A stretch of DNA of 63,756 nucleotides, counting the filler, from Trichosphaerium sp. ATCC 40318 (lineage: Eukaryota; Protista; Tubulinea), in NCBI GenBank assembly GCA_038496445.1. It is 3 parts of 3 records of this genome, joined end to end, with 100 filler letters (N's around TTAATTAATTAA, not from the genome) between each part and the next. Parts side by side here need not be neighbours in the genome. Positions count along the whole stretch, not along the records: positions 45,327 to 63,756 come from JALMLS010000549.1; 2 more parts are not named here. One strand, written 5' to 3'. A model generated the notes under the pieces. It was given only the letters and a program-made list of their open reading frames with translations, was not told where the DNA came from and did no database searches. A program made the translations under genes and the position numbers. Numbering within the stretch: the first letter of the stretch is position 1; each line of letters starts with the position of its first letter. Below are positions 61,652 through 63,756 of this stretch, piece by piece.

Positions 61652-63158
61652 ATGCTAACTCACTGTAGTGTTAAGAAAAGCGTTTTAGGACTCCTGATAG
61701 ATATTTTAGCGCATATTTATCAAAAAACGATAGCAATGATTACGTCTTGGCAAACACGTGGCCTAGACCTCCTGACTGAGGTTTTAGCATATATTTTGCT
61801 TAAAACGACGAAACCAAGGATTACGCCTTGCCAAACAAGTGACCTTTTAGACCTCCCGACTGAGATTTTAGCATATATTTTGCTCAAAACGACGAAAGCA
61901 AGGATTGCAGCATGCCAGACATGTCATCGCCTTGCTTCTATCGTTCACGACATTATCGGATATGATAGTGTTTGTATTTCAAGACCCTCTCAAGCTCTAG
62001 TGGCTATACAATATTCAAGTACTCTCCAACACTCAAGAATCAAACTTTTTGGAACCTCCATTTCTGATGTGGTTGCCAGAGCATTTACTGGAGTGACTGA
62101 AATTGAGCTCTTTGACACCAATATAACAAATGAAGGCCTAAAGTCATTTGCTGGCATACACACAATTACTATTAGTAAATGTCACAGTATAACAGATGAA
62201 GGTATCAAGGTACTTGCTGGAGTACATACAATTAATCTTGCAGGTTGCGATATAACAGATGAAGGCCTCAAGGCACTTTCTGGAGTACATACAATTAATC
62301 TTGCAGGTTGCGATATAACAGATGAAGGCCTCAAGGCACTTCCTGGAGTACATACAATTAATCTTAGAATGTGTCACAATATCACAGATGAAGGGTTAAA
62401 AGCACTTACTGGAGTACATACAATTAATCTTAGAAAGTGTCACAATATCACAGATGAAGGGTTAAAAGCACTCTCTGGAGTACATTCAATTGATCTTACA
62501 TGCTGTTGGCTAATAACAGATGAAGGGTTAAAAGCACTCTCTGGAGTACATTCAATTGATCTTGTATGGTGTCAGCTAATAACAGATGAAGGGTTAAAAG
62601 CACTTACTGGAGTACATACAATTAATCTTGTAGATTGTCGATATAACAGATGAAGGGTTAAAAGCACTCTCTGGAGTACATTCAATTGATCTTGTATGGT
62701 GTCAGCTAATAACAGATGAAGGGTTAAAAGCACTTACTGGAGTACATACAATTAATCTTGTAGATTGCGATATAACAGATGAAGGCCTCAAGGCACTTTC
62801 TGGAGTACATACAATTAATCTTGCAGGTTGCGATATAACAGATGAAGGCCTCAAGGCACTTTCTGGAGTACATACAATTAATCTTAGAAGGTGTCGCAGT
62901 ATCACAGATGAAGGGTTAAAAGCACTCTCTGGAGTACATTCAATTGATCTTGCATGGTGTCGGCTAATAACAGATGAAGGGTTAAAAGCACTCTCTGGAG
63001 TACATTCAATTGATCTTACATGCTGTTGGCTAATAACAGATGAAGGGTTAAAAGCACTTACTGGAGTACATACAATTAATCTTGTAGGTTGCCGTATAAC
63101 AGATGAAGGCCTCAAGGCACTTCCTGGAGTACATTCAATTAATTGTTTTAAAGTCTAG
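61652..63158 (+). CDS. Intronless F-box / LRR protein with ~16 tandem 63/66-bp repeats; +1 frameshift near 62638
   Basis: Paralogue of 41696-42520. GATTGTCGAT versus consensus GATTGCGAT breaks the frame; repeats continue in the shifted frame to TAG at 63156-63158. Confidence 0.85.
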
Positions 63159-63189
63159 GCTATACAAGGACAGCTCACCAAGCCAACGA

Positions 63190-63756
63190 TTACAAGCAAT
63201 TATTTGCATACAAGATACATAGTTCCTTCGATCGCCAACAGAGCACCAAAAACGTGAAGCTACGAACTTCCGCCCAAAATGTTAAAAGGGATTTGAACCC
63301 TTCCCATCCTTTCCACCTGAATGTTAGGGAGAAAACCAACTCCCAGTTGACCGGGCAAGTCAAATGGTAATTGTAAGGTTGTAGCGATAAATGTAAGTTT
63401 TGTTGAATATGTGTTGAATCTGTTTCCATGTGTCATCGAGCTCATCTTTAATTACTTTTCTATGAACTGATATTGGCAACAGACCTTTCGAATGTGTAGC
63501 ATTGTTATAAAGCTTCCATGTCCATTTGATCAGGATAGCCATAGCCACCTGGCCATACAAGCTTAAGGAAGGCAATTTGTGAAGTGTCAGAATTATAAGG
63601 GAAAGCTAACTGTAACGACTTGACCGTCAGACGAACAAACAATTAAACATCTTTATCTATCGTGTCATAGTGTTTGTTTGTGAACTATAATTAACTCTGT
63701 GTTCTACATCAAGCTGACATAAATGACAATACAACCCTTGCATCTTTCACAATGTT
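63190..63756 (-). mobile_element. Possible decayed non-LTR retroelement ORF2 fragment
   Basis: LPSLSLYGQVAMAILIKWTWKL resembles the post-RT GLGLPxL...ALLxKWxW motif; frame disrupted. Confidence 0.4.

Noticed and set aside
62702-63115. Minus-strand repeat ORFs (also 41935-42471)
   Set aside because: Antisense shadows of the plus-strand LRR arrays.

Overview
Intron-rich, AT-rich eukaryotic DNA, most likely an amoebozoan-type protist (inferred from a Dictyostelium-type ROCO kinase; introns are GTAYGT...CTAAC...YAG). Three contigs are joined by artificial N44-TTAATTAATTAA-N44 spacers (22939-23038, 45227-45326), so adjacency across the spacers means nothing. Contig 1: MED13, then a 10.9-kb island with no intact protein gene (4976-15900), then ARM-repeat, PAK-like kinase and ARID genes. 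The island is bracketed by two near-identical 353-bp inverted repeats, each holding an inward-facing tRNA-Ala(AGC) gene. It is filled with decayed L1/Tx1-like retroelements and nested non-autonomous DNA transposons (CAGT...ACTG ends, 2-bp TSDs, 11-bp-periodic subterminal arrays), and shows CpG decay. This is the most interesting structure: a candidate tRNA-bounded, potentially invertible regional centromere or heterochromatin domain. Contig 2: MORN-repeat fragment, bacterial-type secreted glycoside hydrolase with ricin-like domain, one-LRR-per-exon receptor-like protein, SDR, carnitine acyltransferase, and intronless F-box genes including an F-box/histone-H3-like fold/ankyrin fusion. Contig 3: ROCO kinase with a C-terminal degenerate G-alpha-like domain, BTB and F-BAR/SH3 genes, and an F-box/LRR gene with a hypervariable repeat array. 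All gene models and alignments were made by eye; ends and exon boundaries are approximate where stated.
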